Of a stretch of 58,470 nt of DNA, positions 10,038 through 21,634 are shown one piece after another. Location: contig NC_068993.1 in NCBI RefSeq assembly GCF_001194135.2, positions 9,585,731 to 9,644,200 of the forward strand, in the 5' to 3' direction. Source of the stretch: Octopus bimaculoides. Its lineage: Eukaryota. Made by a program: the position numbers and the translations under genes. Position 1 is the stretch's first letter. Each line of letters begins with the position of its first letter. Below the pieces are notes generated by a model. The model searched no databases. It worked only from the letters and a program-made list of their open reading frames with translations, and was not told where the DNA came from.

Positions 10038-10114
10038 GCCGCCATCTTGGGAAGTGCCATTGCGTATGTGCAAGGGACTAGCCGTCAGCGGAAGTACCCG
10101 AGCACGCATGCGCA
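10038..10114. promoter_or_regulatory. Housekeeping-type promoter motif cluster (YY1, ETS, NRF1-like)
   Basis: GCCGCCATCTTG (10038-10049), GCGGAAGT (10088-10095) and GCACGCATGCGCA (10102-10114) in a CpG-rich island about 320-400 nt before the ASNSD1 ATG. Confidence 0.6.
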
Positions 10115-10435
10115 ATGCAACTGGTAGAGAGAAAGCTATAGCGTCCGATCTCTTTTTCATCCAGCAGCCGTCGTGTCTGTCCCAACTCGACCCCGACATG
10201 TGGTCGAAGCTTCCTTTGGTATTCTAGCGGCATGCCTGTTCACCCAGGAACGAAACGGCTCTACACCAACTTAGAATAAACTATGTTCTGTTGTTACCGT
10301 TATCCCTCGTGTTGTTGTATTTCTGGATTTAATGAGTAATATAAGAACTGGGGAGAGACGGCCAAGCTATCATATCTCAGCCAATTCTTATATAGTAATT
10401 TCCATTTGTTGTAATGCAGTGAACCAAAGAGTACC

Positions 10436-10492
10436 ATGTGTGGAATCTGTTGCATTCTTGGACCTAAGGAAAAAATTGAACAACACGATAAG
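10436..10492 (+). CDS. ASNSD1: Asparagine synthetase domain-containing protein 1, coding exon 1
   Basis: MCGICCILGPKEKIEQHDK: Ntn-hydrolase MCGI start. Acceptor TGCAG at 10419, donor AAG|GTAAAT. Confidence 0.93.
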
Positions 10493-10759
10493 GTAAATGC
10501 ATATTGTTGATAAAACGAATATATATTATCAGTCGTCATTTCTCGCAAGAAATTATTAAAAAAGGAAAATTTAAGAAAGATATCGTATTATTTAATTTCT
10601 TTTTGTTTTGTCATATAACTCCTCTTCATTAAGAGCACTGTTTTTAGCATGCTGTTAATATCTGCTTCTCTCTCTCTCTTTCTCTCTCTCTATATATATA
10701 GATAGATAGTTAGATAGACACACATTATTATATATATATATTTTAAATTCTTTTGATAG

Positions 10760-10960
10760 AATTTGGTTTTGGAATCACACATTAGTCACCGTGGTCCAGA
10801 TGCTTCCAACTGGACAACGCTCAGTGTGTCTGAGGAAATCAGTGCAACCCTGTATGGCTTTGTTCTTCATCTGAGAGGTCAGCTAACCATGCAACCACTG
10901 ACCGACCAAAATGGTAACATACTATTATGGAATGGAGAGATATTCGATGGTTTACCAGAG
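10760..10960 (+). CDS. ASNSD1: ASNSD1 exon 2
   Basis: NLVLESHISHRGPD...GFVLHLRG...QPL...LLWNGEIF: class II glutamine amidotransferase motifs; phase 0/0. Confidence 0.95.
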
Positions 10961-12066
10961 GTGAGCTGTTATATTCTATTATACTATGTTTGGCATGAAT
11001 TGAAGGTGTGCAGCTTTGTGGTTAGGGTGTTGCACTAACAACCACAAGATTGTGGTTTTGATTCCTGGACCAGGTGGTGTATTGTGTTGAGTGAAACACT
11101 TCACTTCACATTGCTCTGCAGTCACTTTGATGCATACCAGGTGTCTGTACAGGTAATGTCAATTCAATGGAGAGAATGAACTAATGTACAGCTCAAAAAT
11201 TTCATCACTATACGCAAATGATTTGTTTAGGTTGATCAGCAAAAAATTGCAGAATCCTTTTCTGTCTTTTATGAGAGGAGAGTCTAGAAAAAAAAATTTC
11301 TACTATGTACCCCGCTGTATTATGTATTGCATAATACTATGTCCTACATTATACCTTACCTTAGTATTTCATTGTTTCTCTTTCATGATACCACTCACTT
11401 TTGGTTCATTGGTTTGTTACACCAACACAGGAGCCTCAATGTGTTCACTCAATCAGTCTACAAGAAAGAGCAGCTAAATCCTTCTGGTCTGAGTAATCTT
11501 TACCATTAATTTTTCAAGCACCGGAAAATGTGTACTAGTGTTGTACAAAGGTTGATTTTCTTAAGGGATATAAAAAGGGCCTGTGGTTAGTCAGAAGAAC
11601 TAATTAGATCTAGCTGAAACTAATAATTATGTTTTCTATAGACACAAAGCCTGAAATTTTGGAGGAGTGAGAGGGTGCCCGATTGCCTCAATCCTAAGGC
11701 TCAACAGGTACTTATTTTATCAACTCTGAAAGGATGAAAGGCNNNNNNNNNNNNNNNNNNNAAGGTTGATTTTCTTAAGGGATATAAAAAGGGCCTGTGG
11801 TTAGTCAGAAGAAATAATTAGATCTAGCTGAAACTAGTAATTATGTCTTCTATAGCAACAACGTGAATGGCTCTGAGTCGAATCGACAAAGAAGCAAAGG
11901 GCAGGGAAAGTAAACTGTTTTTATTAATGGAACGCTAGACATTCTAGAAAGTTCCAAGAGAAACGCGAAGCTTCTTGAATGAGCAGAGAATCGTGCCATG
12001 GTTGGTGTTTTTGCTTGCATCGATAATTGCTGTTACGTCATCGTTTTTTTTTTTTTTCCTTTTCAG

Positions 12067-12189
12067 TTACAAGAAGATGACAATGACACTGAAGCATTGC
12101 TGACAGCCCTGTCACACTGTCACACCGATGAGGAGATCTTGTCTCTGCTCTCACATCTACAGGGCCCCTGGGCTTTTATTTATTGGCAG
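12067..12189 (+). CDS. ASNSD1: ASNSD1 exon 3
   Basis: LQEDDNDTEALL...LQGPWAFIYWQ; TTTCAG acceptor, CAG|GTTAGT donor. Confidence 0.95.
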
Positions 12190-12899
12190 GTTAGTATTGA
12201 TTCTGTTTGTTTGTTATAAGCAACAATAGCACCTTCCTTCCTTCCTTCCTTTCCGTTCCGTTCCATTTCTTTCCTTTCCTGTGTAGCTGTGTGGTAAGAA
12301 GTTTGTTTCCCAACAGCATGGTCTGGGTTCAGTCCCACTGCGTGGCACCTTGGGCGAGTGACTTCTACAATAACCTCGGGCGAACCGAAGCCCTTGTGAG
12401 TGGATTTGGTGGATGGTAATTGAAAGAAACCAGTCATCATCATCAGCATCATCATCATTTAACATCTGCTTTCCATGCTGGCATGGGTTGGATGGTTTGA
12501 CTGGAGCTGACTAGACAGAAAACTGCACCAGGCTTCAATATCTGTTTTGGTATGGTTTTTGTGGCTGGATGCCCTTCCTAACACCTCCCCCCCTACACAC
12601 ACACATACACACCTGTGTCACTCTCATACAAATTATGCCTTTCAATTCCAATATTCTGTGAAAACATGTCTGGCCATGGAGAAATGTTTATCTTACTTGG
12701 AACCAGGTGAAGGTTGGTGACAAGAAGGGCATCCAGCTGTAGAAAATCTGCTTTGACTGACCCATGCAAGCATGAAAAACTGGATGCTAAAAATGATGAT
12801 AAAAAAAAAAAGAAACAATGGAAATTGATTCACTTTTTTTTCAAAGCTTAATATAATATTTTCTACTCAATTATTTTTAATGATTCCTTATTTTGTAAG

Positions 12900-13019
12900 G
12901 TTGAAAGAAAGCAACTGTGGTTCGGACGTGATGTTTTAGGACGAAGAAGTCTTTTGTGGCATCTCCCGGAATCTTTGGAGGATTTTTTCATCTTAAGTTC
13001 TATCAAAGTTGGTTCGCAT
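12900..13019 (+). CDS. ASNSD1: ASNSD1 exon 4
   Basis: VERKQLWFGRDVLGRRSLLWHLPESLEDFFILSSIKVGSH (GRD..GRRSLLW motif); donor CAT|GTAAGT. Confidence 0.95.
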
Positions 13020-13953
13020 GTAAGTTACATATGATATTTTTCTTCTTCTTGCACTGGTTTACAAAGAATTTAGTCAATTTTATCAACTCCACCAGTAATT
13101 TTTCTGGTTCTTAGTTTTTAGATCTTAGAAATGAATGACTAAATCCATCCAGGCATAAAGGAATGTAACTGAAGCCAAATTGCATAAGATAGTTTTGTTT
13201 AACTATTCCTCATCTATACACTCACACATTTATCTGTCTGTCATCGTCATTATCATCATCTAAAGTCCATGTTCCATGCAAGCATGGGTTGGACACTTTA
13301 ACCTTTTCGTTACTGTTTTTATTTTGAGATGCTCTGTGTTTCTTCCAATTACTTTAAATATAACGAAGAATTTAGTAAAATAACTTAGTTATCATTCAGC
13401 TAATGTTAGGAACATAAATTGTGACTAAGGTTTGGTGGAAGATTTTAATTCAGAACTTATGTGGTTATCATAAGTTTTTGGGGCTATATCATTGCTTCTA
13501 CTACCATTTGTAGTTTTCTTATTGGGATCTATCTTGTTATGTAAAGTAATTTTCCTACTCACATGGCCATTATTATAGTTTCTTAACCTAGGTGCTCATC
13601 TTATGTGGTGTTCTCACTACATAAATAAATGAAGTTTGTACGAAACGTATGTACTGCTATAACCTAATACATTTTTGTTGCTTTTCTTCAAATTTCATAT
13701 ATATATATATATATATANNNNNNNNNNNNNNNNNNNNNNNNNNNNNNNNNNNNNNNNNNNNNNNNNNNNNNNNNNNNNNNNNNNNNNNNNNNNNNNNNNN
13801 NNNNNNNNNNNNNNNNNNNNNNNNNNNNNNNNNNNNNNNNNNNNNNNNNNNNNNNNNNNNNNNNNNNNNNNNNNNNNNNNNNNNNNNNNNNNNNNNNNNN
13901 NNNNNNNNNNNNNNNNNNNNNNNNNTTTTTTTTTTTTTTTTTTTTTTTGGTAG

Positions 13954-14699
13954 AAATACACAGAAATTCCAGCTGTAGGAATTTTCCGTATGAAATTTGA
14001 AAACGAAACGAAGACCTTACCATACCAATTAATTCTTCATCCTTGGAAAGAAGCTGTGTGGCCAATGACCGGGGAATACCTTGACGATGTCTTGCAATCA
14101 AATCCAAATATTATCTCTGGATTACACCCAGAAATATTAGAAATTTCTTCACCAACAACAAACACGTTCTTACCTTCAATATGTAAAGACATGCCATCTT
14201 CAAACTATGAGCATCCACCAACAGATAAATTAGATGTTTCTTATTTAGATTTTTTGTTGAAATCAGACTTGGGCCTTCAAACTGAAGCTGAGAAACTAAT
14301 TGACTTTTTAGGACAATCCGTAAAGACTCGTATCTTAAATCAAATCCCAAATTCTCTATTAAGTTGCAAAAATTTATCTCTTAACACTTTGTCAAAATAT
14401 AACATTTCATACAAGACATGCTGTTCTGGAGATGTAGTGGAACCATTTTCTAATTTGCATTGTGGAACTGATTCCGTTTCACAATTACATTTAATTGAAG
14501 AATCGAATCCAGACCACTTGGTAGTTTCTGAAGAATCGCTGCCATTGCAGAAGAATAGTAGCTGTGATTCCGAGCATATTTCATCCGAGACCAAAGTAAC
14601 TGATCTTCACAAACCGACAATTTATTTAGGAGATGCTAACGTTGCCATTCTGTTCTCTGGTGGTCTTGATGCCGCTGTCATTGCAGCTCTTGCTGATCG
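13954..14699 (+). CDS. ASNSD1: ASNSD1 exon 5 (long linker + start of synthetase domain)
   Basis: KYTEIPAVGIFRM...VAILFSGGLDAAVIAALAD(R); in frame with ORF 13990-14703; phase 2 donor CG|GTAACG. Confidence 0.93.
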
Positions 14700-15240
14700 G
14701 TAACGAAATGATTTGTGATTTTAATTTCTATTTTATTTTATTTTTATTTGTTTCAGTCATTTGACTGTGGCCATGCTGGAGCACCGCCTTGAAGTGTTTT
14801 TGTTGAACAATTAGACCCCCAGGGCTTACTTTTAAGCCTAGTACTTATTCTGTTGGTCTCTTTGCTGAAGCGCTAAGTTACAGGGACGTAANNNNNNNNN
14901 NNNNNNNNNNNNNNNNNNNNNNNNNNNNNNNNNNNNNNNNNNNNNNNNNNNNNNNNNNNNNNNNNNNNNNNNNNNNNNNNNNNNNNNNNNNNNNNNNNNN
15001 NNNNNNNNNNNNNNNNNNNNNNNNNNNNNNNNNNNNNNNNNNNNNNNNNNNNNNNNNNNNNNNNNNNNNNNNNNNNNNNNNNNNNNNNNNNNNNNNNNNN
15101 NNNNNNNNNNNNNNNNNNNNNNNNNNNNNNNNNNNNNNNNNNNNNNNNNNNNNNNNNNNNNNNNNNNNNNNNNNNNNNNNNNNNNNNNNNNNNNNNNNNN
15201 NNNNNNNNNNNNNNNNNNNNNNNNNNNNNNNNNNNNNNCA

Positions 15241-15290
15241 GAACAACAACAACAACAGAAGAAGAAAAAAGAAGATAAAAGAAACAATGG
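15241..15290 (+). CDS. ASNSD1: ASNSD1 exon 6, 3' part only (5' part in gap 14892-15238)
   Basis: EQQQQQKKKKEDKRNN(G)|GTAAGA; phase 2 end matches exon 7. The expected PIDLLNVAF segment is not visible elsewhere and would lie in the gap. Confidence 0.65.
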
Positions 15291-16442
15291 GTAAGATGAT
15301 TCTCCAACTGCTTCTTATTTTATTTTCTTCCTTTTTACATCATTTAAAAAAATTTTTTGTTGCTGTTCTTATTTAATCCCAGGTTTTTGTGTAGCCTCAG
15401 GCTTAGGTGGTGAGCTGGCAGAATCGTTAGCATGCTGGGCAAAATGCTTAGTGGTATTTCGTCTGTCTTTACATTCTGAGTTCAAATTCCGCTGAGGTCG
15501 ACTTTGCCTTTCATCCTTTCGAGGTCGATAAATTAAGTACCAGTTGTGTACTGGAGTCGATCTCATCGACTGGTCCCCTCCTCCAAAATTTTGGTCCTTG
15601 TGCCTAGAGTAAAAAAAAGAATCGTTAACATGCCAGGCAAAATGCTTAGTGATATTTTGTCTGTCCTTATGTTCTGAGTTCAAATTCCGCCGAGGTCGAC
15701 TTTGTCTTTCACCCTTTTGGGGTTGATAAATGAAGTACCAGTTGTGTACTGGGGTCAATGTAATCGGCTATCCCCCTCTCCCCAATCTTCAGGCCTTGTA
15801 CCTATAGTAGAAAGGATTGAGTTAAAACTTGGGGTGTTTTTTATTTTTTATTTTCTGGGCATTATTTCCTTTTTTACTTGCTGGGTCTGGAGTAAGGGGC
15901 AGTACCCATGGCTTTTACAGACCCTCTGAAATTGGTAAAATTGATGCCATTAACATTCTGCTTAAACTACTACAAATTAAACACCTGCAGAAAAGACATG
16001 ATGAGCATGATGGGAGTTCCAGAAGGTCAGTATTATGGAGAGGAAGGCACTGAGCTGGCAGAATCATTAGCACACCAAGCAACATGCTCAGTGGCATCTC
16101 ATCTGTCTTCATGTTCTGAGTTCAAACTCTACCAAGATTGACTTTGACTTTCATCCTTATGGGGTTTATAAAATAAGTACCAGTTTATCACTGGGGTTGA
16201 TATAATTGAAACTGCTAGCCTTGTGCCAAATTTTGAAACCAACATTGTGGGGAAAAAGATTGGTCATATTTTACAGTTAATCAGGCCTGAGCTAGGATTA
16301 AACAACAACAATTGTAGAATTTAGAATTTTATTATTTCATTAATTTGTTAAATTGTGCCTCCTTTTTATTCTGTTTTACTTCTTTTCTTTATGATAATGC
16401 AAATTAAAAACAGTGATATATTTTTTTTCTTTTTATCTTAAG

Positions 16443-16563
16443 ATTAGGAGATGATCATACAACAACATCTGCTGATAAAAACCCTTTCTTAGTCCCTGAT
16501 CGATTGACCGGTTACACTGCCCTTGAAGAACTTAACCCTCGTAGAAAATGGAACTTTGTTGAG
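16443..16563 (+). CDS. ASNSD1: ASNSD1 exon 7
   Basis: LGDDHTTTSADKNPFLVPDRLTGYTALEELNPRRKWNFVE (VPDR.TG...L.EL...R.WNFVE motif). Confidence 0.93.
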
Positions 16564-16859
16564 GTAAGTTACTAGAAATGCTCTCTGTTTTCACTTTGTC
16601 TTTATGTCTCTCAATCTCTCTCTCTTTCTCTCCTGCTCTGTGAATGCTCAGTCATGCTTACATGTTAATCCAGTGAGCAGGTAATATGGTTGATTGAATA
16701 ACTGAATCATCTTTGTCAATAGATGGAGATCCCTCCATTCTCTTTCCTGAAGTGTTGCTGTTAACACAAACATATTTCTCCCAACCATTAACCTTAATCT
16801 CATCTTGAGAAATGAAAGCTGTTTTCTCCACATTTACATTTAGAAGATGACCCCTCCAT

Positions 16860-17130
16860 CCTTTGGTCAGGAATGGGATTGCACCTAGAAAGTTCCCCTC
16901 CAAGGCACAAGTCCGAGCAAGGTTGTTTTATAGAAGACCAGCAGCCTTCCTTCTCTCCACACCACTGATGTTATCCAAGGGAAAGGCAAAGGGGCCGATA
17001 CAGCTTGGCACCAGTGACGTTGCAACTCATTTCTACAGCTGAGTGAACTGGAGCAACGTGAAATAAAGTGTCTTGCTCAAGAATACAACACACAGCCCAA
17101 TCCAGGAACTGAACTCACTAGATCATGATT
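16860..17130 (-). mobile_element. SINE family E
   Basis: GTGTTCTTGAGCAAGACACT core with GGAACTTTCTAGGTGCAATC tail; copies at about 32395-32715 and 40815-41155. Confidence 0.75.
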
Positions 17131-17222
17131 GTTACATTTATAATCTCTTTTAATCAATAGAAAAAATCTTTCACCTTTAAAGAGTCACAACACTTAAACA
17201 TGTATTTTTAATTTTTTGGTAG

Positions 17223-17257
17223 ATTAATGTAACCAAAGACGAACTGCAAGAAATCAG
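17223..17257 (+). CDS. ASNSD1: ASNSD1 exon 8
   Basis: INVTKDELQEI(R); 35 nt, phase 0/2, CAG|GTAAGA donor. Confidence 0.9.
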
Positions 17258-17318
17258 GTAAGATACTGACTTCTTTTTATCTCTATTTCATGTTATATAT
17301 ATATATTTATCTAAACCC

Positions 17319-17580
17319 ATGGAGGTGCAATAGCCCAGTGGTTCAGGCAGTGGACTCGCAGTTGTGGGATCATGGTTTCAATTCCCAGACCGGGCGTTGT
17401 GAGTGTTTATTGAGCGAAAACACCTAAAGCTCCACGAGGCTCTGGCAGGGGATGGTGGCGAACCCTGCTGTACTCTTTCAGCACAACTTTCTCTCACTCT
17501 TTCTTCCTGTTTCTGTTGTGCCTGTATTTCAAAGGGCCAGCCTTGTCTCACCCTGTCATGCTGAATCTCCCCAAGAACTT
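17319..17580 (+). mobile_element. SINE family A, 3'-truncated, fills most of ASNSD1 intron 8
   Basis: Matches the 5' two-thirds of 1610-1994. Confidence 0.85.
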
Positions 17581-17644
17581 CTTAATGCCAATCACTTTAC
17601 AAAGTTTATAAATCTTCTTCATGTGTATGAAATATTATTTTCAG

Positions 17645-17789
17645 GCAGAAATGTGTGTCCCATTTGCTCTATCCATTGTGCTCTGTGTTAGACGACAGCA
17701 TTGGATGCGCCATATGGTTTGCAAGTCGAGGCCTTGGAATTCTGGGAAATGGCCCCAATAAAGGAAAGCTGTTTTACAGTCGAGCTAAG
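17645..17789 (+). CDS. ASNSD1: ASNSD1 exon 9
   Basis: QKCVSHLLYPLCSVLDDSIGCAIWFASRGLG...YSRAK (LDDSIGCA.WFASRG motif). Confidence 0.95.
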
Positions 17790-18198
17790 GTAATTTGTAG
17801 AACATTATTCTTTTATTTATTTATTTTTTTCATTAGTTTCAATCATTGGAATGTGGCCATGCTGGGGCATTGTTTATGAATAGTTTTTTAATCCCTGGTA
17901 CTTATTTTCTGAATGACCTCAGTCAGTGAAGGACAAAAGCCACACCACTCATGCCAAAGGGAAGCAGTCAACACAGATAGGTATACCATGAGGTATTTTC
18001 ATTCAATACAGGAATATCTTGTGACCCTGAATTAATGAACATGGTTGGGAAGCCATGTCTGCACTAAGTAAATATAGATAAACAAATAAAAAAAAATACG
18101 AAGGGAAAGATAATCCTTGTTTATGTGACTCAATAAAATGAAGTTTATTAAGCCTGGCTTTTGTCTTGTTTTTCATTGACTCTTCCATCTTTCTTCAG

Positions 18199-18266
18199 GT
18201 AATCTTATGTGGAATGGGAGCAGATGAGTTATTTGCTGGTTATTCAAGACATAGATCCTCATTCAG
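18199..18266 (+). CDS. ASNSD1: ASNSD1 exon 10
   Basis: VILCGMGADELFAGYSRHRSSF (G.GADE..GY motif). Confidence 0.96.
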
Positions 18267-19082
18267 GTTTGTATCAGAAATTGTTATGTATTTAATGTTT
18301 TCATTTGTAGGTATTTACTCTTTACTCTTTTACTAGTTTCAGTCATTTGACTGTGGCCATGTTGGAGCACCGCCTTTAGTCGAGTAAATCAATCCCAAGA
18401 CTTATTCTTTGTAAGCCTAGTACTTATTCTATCGGTCTCTTTTGCTGAACTGCTAAGTTACGGGGACGTAAACACACCAGCATCGGTTGTCAAGCGATGT
18501 TGGGGGGACAAACACAGACACACAAACATATATATATATATATATATATACATTTGACAGGCTTCTTTCAGTTTCCGTCTACCAAATCCACTCACAAGGC
18601 TTTGGTTGGCCCGAGGCTATAGTAGAAGACACCTGCCCAAGGTGCCACGCAGTGGGAATGAACCGGGAACCATGTGGTTGGTAAGCAAGCTACTTACCAC
18701 ACAGCCACTCCTGCGCCTTGTCCAATTTTTTTTTCCATGGTTTGGATGAGAAACTGTTGAAGCAGTGTTCTGTGGCAAGATGCTTTTCCTGACACCAACC
18801 TTTACTTGTTTTCCAGGAAGGTATTTATTTCCCTGGACTTTTATATGACAAATAATTCAAAATTGGACATGTTTTTACAGCAGATATAAGCATCGTCACT
18901 CATTGAAATATTATTTTGTTTTATGCTTTTAAGTATATAAACAATATCACAACATTGGAAGACAAATGCACAACCTCCTCCTTTTCTGTGAGATTTAAAA
19001 ATAGTAATTTTGATTTTTGTTTGTTACATTCTTGTTAATTACTTAATTAATCTTCTGATTATAAAATTTGTTCTTTGTTCAG

Positions 19083-19166
19083 TAAAGATGGCTGGCAGGG
19101 GCTTATACAAGAATTGCAAACTGAAGTAAACCGTATATCTGCACGGAACCTTGGACGTGATGATCG
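19083..19166 (+). CDS. ASNSD1: ASNSD1 exon 11
   Basis: KDGWQGLIQELQTEVNRISARNLGRDD(R). Confidence 0.96.
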
Positions 19167-19997
19167 GTAAGTCACCCATTTCCTTGATGTTTTAGTCCTT
19201 TCATAACCATATTTCAATTGGAAATCTCTTTGTGGTTCAAATAATATTGACAATATTCAAGAAGTTGGAAGGATTTAGTAAAATAACTATGTTACTGACC
19301 TGGTATTTGAAACAAAACGTAACTAAAGGTTTTTCATGATGGAAAATCTTAGAAATAGCAACGAAATTTCCCTAACAGATTAAATGAATGTTTAGAAGCT
19401 CCCATATATGTATTTATATGTGTGTGTGTGTACATATAAATGTATATATGTGTGATATATATACATACATACACTCAGGGACTAGTAGACCTGACACCGT
19501 TCAGTATTCAGTGTGCTTTCAAAGCAATGATTAGTAATATTACGAAGCCGGTATGCTTTTGAATCTCTTTAACAACTCACAATAATGACTTTTATTCCTA
19601 CCTCAGTTCATCTAATTGTATATATCTATCGTTACTTTTCATAAAGAGCCTTTACTTTTTTTGATTTCCAATGTGCACTTTCGCTTATTTTTCCCTCTAC
19701 ATTTCCAGGTGTAGTTTCTATTTTGTTTTTGTAACATATTTCTATTATATATATATATATATATACACATACATACACGAGTAAGTATATAAATGCAAAA
19801 CAAGGTGGGGGAAAATAGTACTTGAATACCAAAGGCAGAGTAATATTATTAAAGCTGCAAAAACATCACAAAGAACTGTGACTCAGTTTCATGTTCCCGT
19901 TTGTCAGACAGTTGTGATCAAGCTTTAATAAAAAAAAATATGTGTGTGTGTGTGTTTTATATGTGTATTATAGCAGTCATCATTGTTAACTTTACAG

Positions 19998-20088
19998 TGT
20001 TATATCAGACCATGGCAGAGAAGCACGTTTTCCTTATTTGGATGAAAAATTTATCAACTTCGTTGCTCAAATACCTGCTTATAAAAAG
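19998..20088 (+). CDS. ASNSD1: ASNSD1 exon 12
   Basis: VISDHGREARFPYLDEKFINFVAQIPAYKK. Confidence 0.96.
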
Positions 20089-20137
20089 GTAAGTCTGCTG
20101 ACAGTATTTTTGTTTTGCTTTAAACCTTTGTCTATCC

Positions 20138-20434
20138 CAGTGGTTCTCAACTGGGGTTCATGTGAGATTTTTGGGGATCTACACAATAAAATAGTAAATT
20201 CGGGACCCACAATAGTATTTTAAGGGCCTCTAAAACAGTTTTGCTTTAGATGTATTGGTATGTATTGCAAGAAACAGCTGAGTTTCATTCTCTAACAATT
20301 TACACTGTTAATGGATGTAAAACAAAATAGGAATATAAAACTAGGTTCTAAACATTGAATGGCTATGGGTGTCCACCAGAATAAAAGAGTAATCAAAGGG
20401 GTCCATAGGTAAAAAAAATGGTTGAGAACCCTTG
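20138..20434. mobile_element. hAT (Charlie-like) MITE
   Basis: TIRs CAGTGGTTCTCAAC / GGTTGAGAACCCTTG. Right flank CTCTAGAC fits the NTCTAGAN 8-bp target; left flank GTCTATCC is a decayed match. Confidence 0.75.
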
Positions 20435-21634
20435 CTCTAGACCACATGAGTGAACGTACAATTTGCTGGATCCATGTCCAATCCATGCTAGCAGGGAGTA
20501 TGGGCAATGCTCATAATGTGTATGTATATATATATATAAAGTGCCTGTTTGGTGTCATGTAAAAGCAGCCTGCACACTCTGTAGAGTGGTTGGCATTAGG
20601 GAGGGTATCTGGCTGTAGAAACCATGTCAAAGCAGACTGGAGTCTGGTGCCACTTTCCAGCTCTGGTCAAACCATCCAACCCATGGACGTTAAATGATGT
20701 TGATGTATATCATCATCATCATTTAACATTTGTCTTCCCTGCATAGTATTGAACCTAATCAGGAAAACAAAACTCCACCTGAGACATGTAAAAGTTATAT
20801 TATCCCTTATCTACAAGGACAACGCAATGGTTATGACGAATAAGGTGCAAACTTATCACCGTGTGGTCGACAAATACGTGCTGTACCTTATTACATTCCT
20901 GACCATTGTGTGTGTCCCTCTCGCTCTTTCATAGAATTAAACAGAAATATTTAAAAGCATTTTATTTGAGAATCTATTGCATCAGTTTTGGTTCTTGCTG
21001 CTTTCTCTAGTTTCTAAGTTGTACAGGTTGACCATTAAAGCATCGAGTCTGGTGACACGCATTCTGCATTTGAAACTTGGCAAAGTTGACTTTCATCCTT
21101 CTGGGAATTGATAAAATAAAACACACTGTTAATGTTAGCAAAATCAATTTTAACTGTGCCCAAAGATCTTGGTTTAAAGATCACCTTAGCTATATGAAAT
21201 TTTCAAACACAATAAAAATGACAAGTCAAATATATTACACGTCATGAATATGAATATAGTTAAGAAGTTTCCTCAATCAACACCATTGCTTGACCAATGC
21301 CATTGGAGTAAAATTTGTTAGACTGAAATCAGGCACTTTTACTGAACCACTAAGTTACAGGGACATAAACACACCAGCATCGGTTGTCAAGCGATGTTGG
21401 GGGGACAAACAGACATATACATATACGATGGGCTTCTTGCAGTTTCCGTCTACCAAATCCACTCACAAGGCTTTGGTCAGCCTGAAACTATAGCAGACAC
21501 TTGCCCAAGGTGTAACGCACTGGGACTGAACCTGGGACCATGTGGTTGGTAAGCAAGCTACTCACCACTCCGGCACCTATTTATAGCAAATATATATATA
21601 TATTTTTTTTTTCCCCTCTGCTCTTTCTCTCCAG

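Noticed and set aside
10001-10046. Minus-strand gene starting AAGATGGCGGCC (MAATRATTTKNRIFP*)
   Set aside because: It stops after 15 codons with no GT donor before the stop; better explained as a YY1 site.
10021-10081. Naming the Cys-rich peptide a conotoxin, mytilin or insulin A-chain
   Set aside because: Each match is partial, the cysteine spacing fits none fully, and no signal peptide was found. Left unnamed.
15829-16053. ORF ...EIGKIDAINILL... as ASNSD1 exon 6
   Set aside because: It lacks the PIDLLNVAF motif and a suitable donor; the gap-adjacent exon fits the phases better.
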